Shown piece after piece: positions 20,362 to 35,792 of a DNA stretch of 64,000 bases (within the stretch, counting starts at the first letter, position 1; every line of letters starts with the position of its first letter). The translations under genes were made by a program, and so were the position numbers. The notes under the pieces are model-generated. The model saw only the letters and a program-made list of their open reading frames with translations. It made no database searches and was not told the DNA's origin. The DNA is from Macrostomum lignano (taxonomy: Eukaryota): NCBI GenBank assembly GCA_002269645.1, contig NIVC01000340.1, positions 186,001 to 250,000 of the forward strand. Reading direction: 5' to 3'.

Positions 20362-22618
20362 CTATTTTCTCGTCAGCGCTATCGACTCTGCCTCAAACAG
20401 GTTCTTCTGCTGTTGCTTACTGCCTCGCGACGCGAGCCCGGGACTTTCGCTTCGACGTCGGAGCAGCGCCGACGGACTCGGCGGCTGCTGTACACCAGCG
20501 GCGGCGCCGCCAAAGCCAAACAAACTGGCAAATGTCTGCCGGAACTGAGTCGACATCAGGCAGTAGATAAAGAAGTTCACGGGATAGCTCACCAAAATGA
20601 TGAAGTTCATGAATGGGAAACAGCTCTCCAGTCTCAGCCAGACGCTCTTCTTGACCACCTCGGCAACCATGAGCACGTAGACCGTCATGACAATGGTGAC
20701 GGGCAGCTCCACCAGCAGGAAGATGCACATGATGATCACCAGCATCAGAGTTGTGCTGGACTTGTCTTGACGCTTCTTGTTGACGCTTGCTGACGCCCGT
20801 CTGGCGCAGCTGCCGCCACCTTGCTGCTGCTGCCGGTTGCCGCCGCCCCGAAGCAGCTGGCGCCTCTTCCTAGCCCGATGTAGGCCTTTAATAAGTAGGC
20901 AGGTGATTACTATCAACAGCAGGCTGGGTACAATATTCACCAGCAGGGTGCGAAAAATCATCGCGGCCATGAAGTAGGGCCTGTGTTGGCTGATGCTGCA
21001 GGCCACTACGGCGAAGTTGGCCTGGGCAGCTGTGGTGGGTCGCATTCGGAAGTAGATGGCGCCTGACAGGAGCAACTGGGTGATCGTGTAAAACGCAATG
21101 GATATGCCGCATAGGATCGCTATGGAGATTATTGATTTTCTAACTGTACAGATTCGTTTCACGGATGTTGGAAATGTGATGTAAATCCAGCGTTGTACGG
21201 CCAGCATGACGGTTAACCAGATGGAGATTGTGTGACAGACAGTCGGCATGGTGGTGAGCATCAGCTCCATGAAATTAGCCGTGTAGTGACTTGAGCAAAG
21301 CTGCCCAATGATAAACTGCTTGGCGTACGTGATGATCAGGTACCAGGGCAGGGGTAGGAGACCTTTGAAAGTGAAGTGAGGAAATACATTTGTTAATCTG
21401 TGTCCTGAAGTGTTTCTTACATTTGTTAATCTGTGTCCTGAAGTGTTTCTTACATTTGTTAATCTGAGTCCTAAAGTGTTTCTTACATTTGTTAATCTGA
21501 GTCCTGAAGTGTTTCTTACATTTGTTAATCTGAGTCATGAAGTGTTTCTTACATTTGTTAATCTGAGTCCTGAAGTGCTTCCTACAATTGTTAATCTGAG
21601 TCCTGAAGTGCTTCCTACAATTGTTAATCTGAGTCCTGAAGTGCTTCCTACAATTTTGTTAATCTGTGTCCAGAAGTGCTTCCTACAATTTTGTTAATCT
21701 GTGTCCAGAAGTGTTTCTCTTACATTTGTTAATCTGTGTCCAGAAGTGTTTCTCTTACATTTGTTAATCTGAGTCCTGAAGTGTTTCTTACATTTGTTAA
21801 TCTGAGTCCTGAAGTGCTTCCTACAATTGTTAATCTGTGTCCTGAAGTGTTTCCTACAATTTTGTTGATCTGTGTCCAGAAGTGTTTCCTACAATTTTGT
21901 TGATCTGTGTCCTGAAGTGTTTCCTACAATTTTGTTGATCTGTGTCCTGAAGTGTTTCCTACAATTTTGTTAATCTGTGTCCTGAAGTGTTTCCTACAAT
22001 TTTGTTAATCTGTGTCCTGAAGTGTTTCCTACAATTTTGTTAATCTGTGTCCAGAAGTGTTTCCTACAATTTTGTTAATCTCTGTCCTGAAGTGTTTCCT
22101 ACAATTTTGTTAATCTGTGTCCTGAAGTGTTTCCTACAATTTTGTTAATCTGTGTCCAGAAGTGTTTCCTACAATTTTGTTAATCTGAGTCCTGAAGTGT
22201 TTCTTAAATTTGTTAATCTGAGTCCTAAAGTGTTTCCTACAATTGTTAACCTACACCCTGAAGCGCACTCACCGGTGATCATATCCACAAAAGCCATCAC
22301 TAGCAGCAGAACATTAGTTGGGGTCACCATATTTCGTCGAGTGAGCACGATGCACACAAATATGTTTGTCACCATGGTGACAAGAATCACGGGGGGCGCA
22401 AAGTAGCTGTTAATTAGTGCCGTGATATTGACGCCTTCCGCTGTTGAACCGTTCGATCCCGGAGTTGACAACACGTCGCCCAGGTAACAAAATGTGCTGG
22501 TAAAGTTTGTTGGCCAGCTGCCGCGAAAGTGCTCAACCGTGTGGAGCTCGCCGGTCTCGAGACGGTTGCTCTCTGAGCAGGCACAGATTTCATTGCAGTC
22601 CAAACTCAGACCTGACAT
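20362..22618 (-). CDS. Class A peptide GPCR, sex peptide / myoinhibitory peptide receptor-like (448 aa, 2 coding exons)
   Basis: Exons 22618-22273 and 21362-20362 (phase 1, GTGAGT donor), 1347 nt. Seven hydrophobic segments; TM1 VTNIFVCIVL, TM2 AFVD, TM3 PTVCHTISIWLTVMLAVQRW, TM6 FLLVELP, TM7 YPVNFFIYCLMS.QFR.TF. Confidence 0.85.
21385..22250. repeat. 33-35-bp minisatellite filling the GPCR intron
   Basis: TTTGTTAATCTG(A/T)GTCCTGAAGTGTTTCTTACA units; 11-aa periodic ORF. Confidence 0.92.
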
Positions 22619-22764
22619 GGTGATGGAGACCTGCTGGGCAGATAAAAGTTTTGCTTTTACTCACACAATCTTCACCATCATTCACACTTTTTGCTCTTTT
22701 CACAAGCTTTGTCCCCTACACACTTTTATCTTCTAGACACGTTTTCTCTCATTTGCATGAACTT

Positions 22765-23370
22765 CACTCTCATTCACACGATCAGGACTCTCATTCACAC
22801 GATCTAGACTCTCATTCACACGATCTAGACTCTCATTCACACGATCAGGACTCTCATTCACATGATCTAGACTCTCATTCACACTATTTAGACTCTCATT
22901 CACACGATCTGGACTCTCTTTCACACGATATGGACTCTTATTCACACGATCAGGACTCTCATTTACACGATCTGTTCTCCCATTCACACGATCTGGACCC
23001 TCATTCACACGATGTAGACTCTCACTCACACGATCTAGATTCTCATTCCCACGATCTAGACTCTCATTCTCACGATATAGACTCTCATTCAAACGATGTA
23101 GACTCTCATTCACACGATCAGGACTCTCATTCACACTATTTAGACTCTCATTCACACGATCTGGACTCTCTTTCACACGATATGGACTCTCATTCACACG
23201 ATCAGGACTCTCATTCGCACGATCTAGACTCTCATTCACACGATCTAGATTCTCATTCACACGATCAGGAATCTCATTCACACGATCTGTTCTCCCATTC
23301 ACACGATCTGGACTCTCATTCACACGATGTAGACTCTCATTCACACGATCTAGACTCTCATTCACACAAA
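22765..23370. repeat. 21-bp minisatellite (CTCTCATTCACACGATCTAGA)
   Basis: 7-aa periodic ORFs (HSHDLDS). Confidence 0.92.
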
Positions 23371-24164
23371 AAGGATTTAAACATTCTTTCACATGTTCTT
23401 TCACAGGATCTTTCATTCCAATGTTAGTATATGACATAGGCTGATAAATATTTATCAATATAGTTATCAAGCTCACTGGTAGCTCCTTATCTATGTCAAG
23501 TGTATCCACACTCAAAAAATTATTCGTTCACCTAAAAGTACATTTAAGTGCAAGTGCAACGCTGTTTTCAGTTGTTGAATCTGTCTCAGGCAGATCTGCT
23601 CAGCTTATCTATAATAGGCTAGATCATTTTAAACAATATAATCGATTAATGTTTGCCCTCTAATCAAGTGAAATCGGAGACGCGGCTCTCCGATTTATCA
23701 AATGTCGGTTCGCTTCAAAGGCTCTGCTGTATAGCCAGCAATCTATATTGCCTTAACCCCCCCCCCCCTGCTGCGGCCCGCGAGGCCAAAAAAACATAAT
23801 TGCTTATTCATATCAAAACCTCTCCGGCTTTATTGGCCCCGCGGTTGTATGTGGAATTATCTGCAACCGACTATGACTGAAGAGGCCGAAGTTTTATAAT
23901 ATGAACAGATTAGACGAATAAGGACACTTTTTAGATGATTGAAAGGAGTTCAGAAAAAAATTAGTAAATTGGATACCGGCACTCAAAACCGCAGCGGGGC
24001 AACTTAATTGCTTCCCGGTTCCCGATAGCGAGACCATCATCGTGTTTTTTATCTGTTCTATCTAATTTCTATTTCTATTTATTCTATTAGCTTTCTGATC
24101 GATTTAATTTAGCTAGATATGGCTGATAATTCACCAGTTTGGGAGACTGGCATCGGATAAATTT

Positions 24165-24580
24165 AAGGAGAGAAAGAGCGGAGGGATAAGGGACAGGAGA
24201 GGGCAGTGGAGAGGGCAGGGGAGAGGGGAGGGGAGAGGGAGAGAACGAGAGTGAGAGAACGAGAGGGAGAGAAGGAGAGAGAGAAGAGGGAGAGAAGGAG
24301 AGGGAGAGAAGGAGAGGGAGAGAAGGAGAGGGAGAGAAGGAGAGGGAGAGAAGGAGAGGGAGAGAAGGAGAGGGAGAGAAGGAGAGGGAGAGAAGGAGAG
24401 GGAGAGAAGGAGAGGGAGAGAAGGAGAGGGAGAGAAGGAGAGGGAGAGAAGGAGAGGGAGAGAAGGAGAGGGAGAGAAGGAGAGGGAGAGAAGGAGAGGG
24501 GAGAGGAGAGAGAGAAGGGAGAGGATGGAGAGAAGGGAGAAGGGAGAACAAGGGAGTGCAGAGTGAAACGGAGAGGCTAG
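24165..24580. repeat. GA-rich 14-bp repeat (GGGAGAGAAGGAGA)
   Basis: Direct inspection. Confidence 0.9.
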
Positions 24581-25260
24581 GGTAAGACAAACAGACAGAC
24601 TGACTGAAAGTTGACAGACAGACTGACACACTCGCAGAAAGTGGTTGGACAGAACTGCAGGCAAACTGTTTTATTGTGTGCTAATATCCGACTTTCTTCC
24701 GTTTATTTTATTTTTATTTTCACCTGAATGACTTTCCACTTCCAGAACTGCACCTCCAGGTCCCTACATTCCTTCCCTGTTCCCCACTTGATTCTGTCCC
24801 GCGACCCTCGACAAATGGAGCTTAAAATTGACTTAATTAAGAATAATCAAGACGACATTTCTGAGCTGCAGCCTGACCGACAAGTTGAAGAAGGAAATGG
24901 CCCTGCTTGAGTAGGACCACCTTTTTGTAAAAAGTGCAAACTCCCCTCGTCAACCCCAGCAAATTCATTTCCTGCAGTCGCTATAACATACTACTGTTGT
25001 TGGCTAACGAGGTTCGAAAATCTACTGAAACCTCATAACCATAAATGCCAATAGTAATTAGACTTTAGCATGCTTACATTGCTGCGAGCTACTGCGCTCC
25101 GCGAGTTCACTGACGATAATTATTTTAGTAACGCGTTTACAGAAAAACAGTGGGTAAGAAAAAGCTGTTTACATGCGTTACAGCGGTGAAACCCACCCAC
25201 GTGTTCGCAGGAATAGGAGTAGATGGAAAACAAGCATTACGATAGGCATAAAAACCGAGT

Positions 25261-25511
<251 letters not shown>

Positions 25512-26099
25512 CCACTGAGAACGCAGCGATCCAGCAGAATGTCTTCAAAGAAGAAAACAACAGGCGTGACTCGGTTGTTTTTTCGCCCCCCGACGTGTTG
25601 GAACCGCGGGTTCCACCGCGGGAGGAGGGAGGGGCAGCTCGGAGGTTCTGCACCATGTTTGGTTGTCAACTGCCCTCCATAAGAGTCAAAGGTTGAGAAA
25701 TCGCCATTTTGTCACGTTTTTGACCCCTGAGAACAGCAGGGGCTGGGTGGCGTGGGAGAGGGGTGAGAGTGCCGCAGCGGAGGCTCAGCGGATGAGGCTG
25801 CTGTCTGCCAGGAGCAAAATTAGAAAATTTCTTCCTTTCCGACTGAGGCTCACGCGTAGCTTTATGAGAAATGTTTTTTGCTTGTATAATCTCTGGCCAG
25901 TGTAATCTCGATGCAGAAGGCCAAATCAAACACAATATTTTCGCTCTGTGTCTCTGCGTTTTGGAATAATTGTTTATTCCGTTTCTGTCTGAGTTTTTAC
26001 CAAAATGGATTGACAGGCATTCAAGTCCAATCAGCTTTGCCTGGCCATACAGTGCTCAAGTTCTGCTGAGTCAATTAACTTTTATGATTTTTTGGAAAA

Positions 26100-26575
26100 C
26101 TGCATCTCTTATTCACACAACTGCGCTTCATATTCACACAACTATGCTACTCTCATTCACAAAACTGCGCTTCTCATTTACACAACTGCGCTTCTCATTC
26201 ACAAAACTGCGCTTCTCATTCACACAACTGCGCTTCATATTCACACAACTGCGCTTCATATTCACACAACTGCGCTTCTTATTCACACAACTGCGCTTCA
26301 TATTCACACAACTGCGCTTCATATTCACACAACTGCGCTTCTTATTCACACAACTGCGCTTCTTATTCACACAACTGCGCTTCTCATTCACACAACTGCT
26401 CTACTCGTTCACACAACTGCGCTTCTTATTCCCACAACTGCACCCCTCATTCACAGAACTAAACTCTCAATTCACACAACTGCGTAACTCATTCACACAA
26501 CTGTGCTTCTCAGTCACACAACTGCGCTACTCATTCACACAACTGCCCCACTGGTTCACACATTTACCTCAAATT
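26100..26575. repeat. 21-bp minisatellite (ATTCACACAACTGCGCTTCTT)
   Basis: 7-aa periodic ORFs (FTQLRFL). Confidence 0.9.
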
Positions 26576-27269
26576 CACTGAGCTGCACTTTAACCTTTCA
26601 TTCACACAGCTTTCTCACTCATTCACTAAGTTAAACTAGCCAATAAATTTTGTTTTCCAACAGTACCCTGTTTATTTAAACAGAAAGCGTAAGTGAAAAA
26701 GTATAAATGCTGAGAAGAAACGATCATTATTTCATCATATAACACTATAATAAGACCGTATACTAAAGCTTCAGAAAACGAAACCAACAGCTCAGAGAAC
26801 AGACTCTGAGCAGGGTTCGAGCAGAATGCAGTGACGAGAGCTGCTAGAACAAAAATCACTGCTGCCCCCCCCCCGCCCAGCCTCCAGAATTGACCGCTGA
26901 TGCAGAAAGAATTTTGGCAGCAGAAAACCGAGCAAAACCGCTGCTTGATAAGAAGAAGATCGGGCTCATGGGTGAGGGTGGGGACTCATCCTTTTGCCTC
27001 ATCTCACTGGGATTTGAGCAGAGCTCACAGAAAATTAGCATTTCCTATTTCTTCGCCCTGGTTATCTCCTTCTCCATCTCCCTCTCTCTCCATCTCCCTC
27101 CCTCTCTCTCTCTCATCTCCGCTAGCCGCCTCTCCATTTCCGCTGGCTGCCCACTGAAAGTCAGAAATTCACGTCTCTGGCTGCGTCCTGTCTGGGGTAT
27201 TTTTTAATTACCCTGGTACTATCCAACTTATATTGGTGCTGAGTTATCAGCTAGGTGTGTAAGCATGAA

Positions 27270-28060
27270 CATGTGTGAATGAGAGCGATTAGCGAAATTG
27301 TGTGAACGATGTGTGACTGACAGTGCATGCTGTGATAGAACTTGGAATGTGTGAATAAGAGTGTCTTTGTGTGAACGATTTGTGACTGACAGTGCATGCT
27401 GTGATAGAACTTGAAATGTGCGAATAATATTGTATTTTTGTGAACGATTTGTGACTAACAGTGCATGCTGTGATAGAACTTGGAATGTGTGAATAAGAGT
27501 GTCTTTGTGTGAACGATTTGTGACTGACAGTGCATGCTGTGATAGAACTTGAAATGTGCGAATAATATTGTATTTGTGTGAACGATTTGTGACTAACAGT
27601 GCATGCTGTGATAGAACTTGGAATGTGTGAATAAGAGTGTCTTTGTGTGAACGATTTGTGACTGACAGTGCATGCTGTGATAGAACTTGAAATGTGCGAA
27701 TAATATTGTATTTGTGTGAACGATTTGTGACTAACAGTGCATGCTGTGATAGAACTTGGAATGTGTGAATAAAAGTGTCTTTGTGTGAATTATTTGTGAC
27801 TGACAGTGCATGCTGTGATAGAACTTGATATGTGTGAATAAGAGTGTCTTTGTGTGAACGATGTGTGACTGACAGTGCATGCTGTGATAGAACTTGAAAT
27901 GTGTGAATAATATTGTATTTTTGTGTACGATTTGTGACTAACAGTGCATGCTGTGATAGAACTTGGAATGTGTGAATAAAAGTGTCTTTGTGTGAATGAT
28001 TTGTGACTGACAGTGTATGCTGTGATAGAACTTGATATGTGTGAACACGAGTCACACATT
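27270..28060. repeat. 69-bp minisatellite with alternating A/B units (138-bp higher order)
   Basis: 23-aa periodic ORF alternating KDTLIH and KYNIIR variants. Confidence 0.9.
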
Positions 28061-29014
28061 GTGTGAATGCTGTGTGAAAATGTTTAAGGGCTGTGAAATT
28101 TTATGAATAAACTTAAAATATGTGAATGGGAGAGAATTCTTGTGATTGAGGTTAAAATGTGTGAATTAGTGAAATCTTATTTAAGCTGTCGGAAAGAATC
28201 ATAAACAAGGCTGCTTTAAAAAGGACAATATGTACTATAAGCAATATAAGTGTTGGAGAGAGCAAGCATAGCAGAGTATCGGACTAGCCGACCCTGCAGT
28301 CCTTGATTAATTTTTATAAGAAATTTCAGACAGTCCAGCCTTCGTGAAGGACCAGCTTTTCACACGCAGTTTGATTTCGCTCAACTGATAATCAGAGGCA
28401 TATTCAGCGCCTCCCTGTAACGAAGTGAATTCTTTGATATCAGGTGGCAGGTTGCTTGTCCTCTCTGCCCAAGGCAGCTTGAGCAGCCGCCAACTACATC
28501 TGGCGTGTTCCCTAATCCCAAGGGGAGTTACGGGATGTATTTGATCAAAAAATACACAGCAGGCATTTCAAACGATTTCCCTTTGATCAAGCAACAATCA
28601 ATCTGCACCGTGTTTCGCGTGTGCTTTTTGATTTTTGTTTTTACGAGCGTACCAGGATGCCAGTCTGTCTTGGACAATTACACTTGGAAAATTGCCGCAG
28701 TCAGTCTCGGTACTTTGAAGGCGCGCCGCAACTCTGTTTCTAAGCTCGCGGGCACGAGCTCAGGTATGAATCCGCATTTACATGTAGGCGCTCGCCCTAC
28801 CGGCTGCGACTTCCGGTCCCCTGTCAGGTCGGGCCGGGGTTGCCGGGCTCAGAGTGAGACAGGAAATTTGCATGCAAATTATTTCACTAGAGAAAGGAAT
28901 CTTTACTCAACGGCTGCACAATGCGGCAGGGTAGAGAGTAGCCTGCCGTGATTGGTCTGGCAGACTGCGATAGGGAGATCGGGTACCTTCTCTGCCCTCT
29001 CCTCTCCTATACTC

Positions 29015-29250
<236 letters not shown>

Positions 29251-29784
29251 TGTCCATCTACCTGTCCAACGGGCGACGCCTTGCCCAGTTTTAACTATCC
29301 ATAATTTACGATCCCTAGGCGGGTACTTACCCAGCTAATTACCCATCATAAACTTCTGCAGTATAAAGTTGGACCAATTGATGCTTGGAAGGGCTGTCGA
29401 GAAAGCCAGACAGAGAAACGCAGTTTGCGTCAACATTCTCGACTTTGATGGAGCAATGGGACTGTGGCGGTTGCTTGCGGGGGGGGGGTTGGTTAAACGG
29501 ACTGGAGTTCGATTCTCCCCAACCCACTCGAATGAAGAGGGGAGGGAGACTGGTCGGGACTCGGACGGGAATTCAATGGGAGTGAAGTAGCGAGGCAGTC
29601 ACGCTCTTCGCTCTGGAATTCTGAGCGAATTTTCGATTCAATCATGGCCATCACGTGACGGGAGCTGCTCTGGCTGGCAGTGCAGACTGAATCGACGCGG
29701 AACTGCTTTCTAAGAAGTGTTCAAACTTTTTCCTTCCCAACCTTAGACGGCAGCTTTAGATTAGCAGACATAAAAAAATAAAGA

Positions 29785-30142
<358 letters not shown>

Positions 30143-30749
30143 GTAGTTGTGATCAGTAACTACCGAACCGAGAAGCCCTGGCTTCTCAGTCTAGCAGCTT
30201 AGCTGCAGCAAAGCGGCTATGAACCGCCTGTATCTCTCCCAGTCATCCTATCACTGAATTCCCCAGTTACTAGTTCAAGCGTAAATACTTAGTGCTGCCT
30301 TTGGCGCACTTTGCCGAGCTCTGGATGTGTAAACAACACAAAGAAGAAACTGCATGCGTGGATTTCACCGTGCACAGTTTCTCATGATTTTGAACTCGAG
30401 ATCTGCAACTCTTCTGGGTTGGAATTTCTGCCAAATCTCCCATTTTCGATTTTGACGCTTCGTTACACCACTGCACTCCGAGTCTTCTCCTGCCACTCCC
30501 CTCGCTAGGTTTCTGCCTCGTAGCGTCCCACTTGCTAATTTTCTTTCACTAATCTCTCTTTCTCTGCGTGGTGTCTCCGCCGTTGCTTTTCTGAGTCCTA
30601 AGCAGTCTAAGCTCTGGCTTTCTATTCTCTTACTCTGCTGATATTCACTACACTGTTCCATCTCTTCCTCTTGGTCTGCCTCTCTCTAATCTCACTTCAA
30701 GTCTCTCGCTAATTTCCGTTTCTTATCTCTAGTATCACACTGTTTTTCA

Positions 30750-31290
30750 TCTCACAGCCTTATCTGTAGTCTCACTTCCTGATCTTTAATCTCACTTTCT
30801 GTTCTCTTATCTGACTTCCTTATCTCTAATCTCATTTTCTGATCTCTAATCTCACTTCCTTATCCCTAATCTCATTTCCTGATCTCTAATCTCACTTCCT
30901 GATCACTAATCTCACTTCCTGATCGCTAATCTGACTTCCTGATCTCTAATCTCACTTCCTGATCTCTAATCTCACTTCCTGATCTCTAATTTCACTTCCT
31001 GATCTCTAATCTTACTTCCTTCCTGGTCTCTAATCTCACTTCCTGATCTCTAATCTCACTTTCTGATTTCTAATCTCACTTCCTGATCTCTAATCCCACT
31101 TCCTGATCTCTAATCTCACTTCCTGATCTCTAATCTCGCTTCCTGATCTCTGATCTCTGATTTCTGATCTCTGATTTCTGATCTCTGATCTCTGATCTCA
31201 CTCCCTTATCTGTAATCTTACACCGTGAGCTCCAATCTCACTTCCTAATCTCCAATCTGACTTCCTGATCTCTTATCTCGCTTCGTTATC
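30750..31290. repeat. 20-bp minisatellite (CTCACTTCCTGATCTCTAAT)
   Basis: Period 20 at 30901-31000. Confidence 0.88.
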
Positions 31291-31920
31291 TTTGTTGTTA
31301 ACGGACTTTCTTCGTTATCTTCGTTATCTTTGCAATAGATATCTTTCATCTCACTTACTTATCTCTAATCTCACAACGTTATCTCTAGTCTCACCTCTCT
31401 GTGTAAAATTTGAGCCCTTTTTTACATGTCATAAACTGATTTAATACTTAAAAAAACACTTTTTTATAGCGCGTACTTAATCAAAAATAGCGCAATCGAT
31501 CTTGAATTCTATTCCAATGTGCCTTGGGCTTAATTAACCTGGAGCTATCAAATTTTTGTCAAATTTGAGTCGATCGGCTGCAGTGCACGAGCTCGATTTT
31601 CTATGGTAATAAACTTTTTTATATCCTATCCTAATCTTATTACAGCTTATTAAATCTGGCTAGTGGGGAAATGAGCTTGAAGCATAAGCTCTCGTTTACT
31701 CGTGCTCAGTCCCAGGGGCCCTCTGGGGGGTGCTTAGAGCACGGAAGTCCGGAACTGCCGGACCTTGAAGCTGATGCGAGTAGCTGGCTCTGGTGCGGCT
31801 GGCCCGGGCAGTGGACTGACTGCGAGAGGCCTGGTGGGTCCGGGACAATGGCTCAACGGAAGCGGCCGGCTGAAAATTGATGATGAGCGAGATATGGAGG
31901 CCAGAAAGGGGGGAGACTGG

Positions 31921-32378
<458 letters not shown>

Positions 32379-32984
32379 TTAGGTTATAGATAAGCACGCA
32401 TTTCCGCTACCCTAAGCCCCAGCCGCAGTCTGTTTCCCATAAATCATTTATGAAGTCACGCCTCGTGCACGCGCTGTACTGCTATCAGAATCGGTGAAAA
32501 TAATCGCTATTGCAATCGCAATTTTATACCGTGTGCGTGTCCTCGCTCGACCCCCCGCGACCTTGCAGCCAATGATAAACAAAATTGATCTATTAGAATT
32601 AGAGCTCGCAAGTATGCTTCTTCAATAGCGTAAAGACCTCATTTACAGGCTAGAAATGTCTCACAATCCCAGCTCCCATGGTCTCTAGACATGTGGCTAT
32701 TTCCCAACTCAAAAGCGGGCCCAGTCTCACCAATGATCGGCAGTCTAATGAGGCCAGATAGAAAATCAACTCTTCCGTGCTGCCATTTCCTTTAATTTTC
32801 GCCTTTCTCCATCTCTCTGCTATCTACTTTCAGAGCCTGGCAGTGTTAGATACTGAATCCGAAAGTTCTTCATTTGAGGTAAATTATCCTTTATTTCCTC
32901 GAGGTCGTGCAGGGAGCTGCTTTTTGGACTGGCTCTGTCACAGTCTTCGTTCTCACAAATTGCCCAAACCGTGATGCTATCCCT

Positions 32985-33725
32985 AGTCTAATCTCTCTCA
33001 TTCCCTAGTCTAATCTCTCTCATTCCCTAGTCTAATCTCTCCCATTCCCTCGTCAAATCCCTCCCATTCCCTCATCTAATATCTCCCATTCCTTCATCTA
33101 ATCTCTCCCATCCCCTCATTTATTCTCTTCCATTCCCTCATCTAATCTCTCCCATTCCCTCATCTAATCTCTTCCATTCTCTCGTCTAATCTCTCCCATT
33201 CACTAGTCTAATCTCTCCCATTCCCTCATCTAATCTTTCATATTCCTTCATCTAAGCTCTCCCATTCCCTCATCTAATCTCTCCCATTCCCTCATCTAAT
33301 CTTTCATATTCCTTCATCTAAGCTCTCCCATTCCCTCATCTAATCTCTCCCATTCCCTCATCTAATCTCTCCCATTCCCTCATCTAATCTCTCCCATTTA
33401 CTCATCTAATCTCTTCCATTCCCTCGTCTAATCTCTCCCATTCCCTCATCTAACCTCTCCCATTCCGTCATCTAATCTCTCCCATTCCCTCATCTAATCT
33501 CTCCCATTTACTCATCTAATCTCTTCCATTCCCTCGTCTAATTTCTCCCATTCCCTCATCTAATCTCTCCCATTCCGTAGTCTAATCTCTTCCATTCCCT
33601 CGTCTAATCTCTCCCACTCCCTAGTATAATCTCTCCCATTCTCTAGTATAATCTCTCCCACTCCCTCATCTAATCTTTCATATTCCTTCATCTAAGCTCT
33701 CCCATTTCCTCATCTAATCTCTTCC
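32985..33725. repeat. 22-bp minisatellite (TCTAATCTCTCCCATTCCCTCA)
   Basis: TCTAAT at 33361 and 33383. Confidence 0.9.
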
Positions 33726-34039
33726 ACTATTTCTCGTCCCTCCCCAATTCTTTAGTCTCGGTTATCCTTTCCATCCGCACAGAAGCTGATCGAGTATGGA
33801 GCTCGAACATGCAGTTCAGGCTTCCGCTCTAGTGGTCACTCTGAGCAAAGCCAGTGACTAAGGCAGCGGCTAACCAATGGGCTTAAATCAATCCAATCTA
33901 TATCGTGAGGCACTGACAGAATAATGGAGTGGTTTTATACGATCCAGCCGCAGCTTATGAAGTAGATAAACTTGTTATTATATTATGATTTGTAAAGACA
34001 ACAGCTACATTCTACTAGAGTACGAGTTGTCTAGTAGCC

Positions 34040-34680
34040 TACGAGAGGCAGAGGGGAGAAGGAGAGGCAGAGGGGAGAAGGAGAGGCAGAGGGGAGAAGG
34101 AGAGGCAGAGGGGGAAGGAGAGGCAGAGGGGGGAAGGAGAGGCAGAGGGGAGAAGGAGAGGCAGAGGGGAGAAGGAGAGGCAGAGGGGAGAAGGAGAGGC
34201 AGAGGGGAGAAGGAGGGGCAGAGGGGAGAAGGAGGGGCAGAGGGGAGAAGGAGAGGCAGAGGGGAGAAGGAGAGGCAGAGGGGAGAAGGAGAGGCAGAGG
34301 GGAGAAGGAGAGGCAGAGGGGAGAAGGAGAGGCAGAGGGGAGAAGGAGAGGCAGAGGGGAGAAGGAGAGGCAGAGGGGGAAGGAGAGGCAGAGGGGAGAA
34401 GGAGAGGCAGAGGGGAGAAGGAGAGGCAGAGGGAGAAGGAGAGGCAGAGGGGAGAAGGAGGGGCAGAGGGGAGAAGGAGAGGCAGAGGGGAGAAGGAGAG
34501 GCAGAGGGGAGAAGGAGAGGCAGAGGGGAGAAGGAGAGGCAGAGGGGAGAAGGAGAGGCAGAGGGGAGAAGGAGAGGCAGAGGGGAGAAGGAGAGGCAGA
34601 GGGGAGAAGGAGAGGCAGAGGGGAGAAGGAGAGGCAGAGGGGAGAAGGAGAGGCAGAGGGGAGAAGGAGGGGCAGAGGGA
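34040..34680. repeat. 19-bp purine repeat (GGAGAGGCAGAGGGGAGAA)
   Basis: Period 19 at 34201 and 34220. Confidence 0.92.
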
Positions 34681-35124
34681 GTGAGAAGAGACGGCAGTCA
34701 GTAGCAGCAGGCAGAGGCCATGACTAGCCGGAGACAAGCTCAGCGACTGAATCAGCCAGTGCAGTCAGTGAGCAGAGCATATGGTGCTCAGTATCAAATT
34801 TCTGTCGCATCTGAGCGCTCGGCAGCAGAAATCCAAACCCTTGGCAAAACGGCTCGCTATCAGTCAAGAGGATTTCAGAACTCAAACGCACGCCTGCTGT
34901 ATCTCTCAAATTCAATAAAGAAAGTCTATATTGAGCCAGAACAGATGCAAAGCATGGATCCCGACTCTCTTAGAGGCAGCGATCGCCTGCTAAATATGGT
35001 TATCTCTTTTAACAAATCTCTTTTCACTTTGTGCCTTATTTCTTTTTCAAAAAGGTACGACCGTTGACTATTTGGGTACAATTTCGATACAGAGAGTGGC
35101 TGCTTGGATTTGGTGCACAGCACT

Positions 35125-35792
35125 CACGGATAGAGACACTCGCGGATAGAGACACTCGCGGATAGACACTCACGGATAGAGACACTCACGGATAGAGACA
35201 CTCACGGATAGAGACACTCACGGATAGAGACACTCACGGATAGAGACACTCACGGATAGAGACACTCACGGATAGACACTCACGGATATAGACACTCACG
35301 GATAGACACTCACGGATAGACACTCACGGATAGACACTCACGGATAGACACTCACGGATAGACACTCACGGATAGACACTCACGGATATAGACACTCACG
35401 GATAGACACTCACGGATAGACACTCACGGATAGAGACACTCACGGATAGACACTCACGGATAGACACTCACGGATAGAGACACTCACGGATAGACACTCA
35501 CGGATAGACACTCACGGATAGAGACACTCACGGATAGACACTCACGGATAGACACTCACGGATAGAGACACTCACGGATAGAGACACTCACGGATAGAGA
35601 CACTCATGGATAGAGACACTCACGGATAGACACTCACGGATAGAGACACTCACGGATAGACACTCACGGATAGACACTCACGGATAGACACTCACGGATA
35701 GACACTCACGGATAGAGACACTCACGGATAGACACTCACGGATAGACACTCACGGATAGATACTCACGGATAGAGACACTCACGGATAGAGA
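35125..35792. repeat. 16/14-bp minisatellite (GAGACACTCACGGATA)
   Basis: Direct inspection. Confidence 0.93.

Noticed and set aside
29369-29590. AVCVNILDFDGA resembling the RT motif LDFEGAFD
   Set aside because: A single short motif with no flanking RT motifs.
34720-35067. 115-aa ATG-initiated ORF in a unique island
   Set aside because: No recognisable motif or splice partners; cannot be supported from sequence alone.
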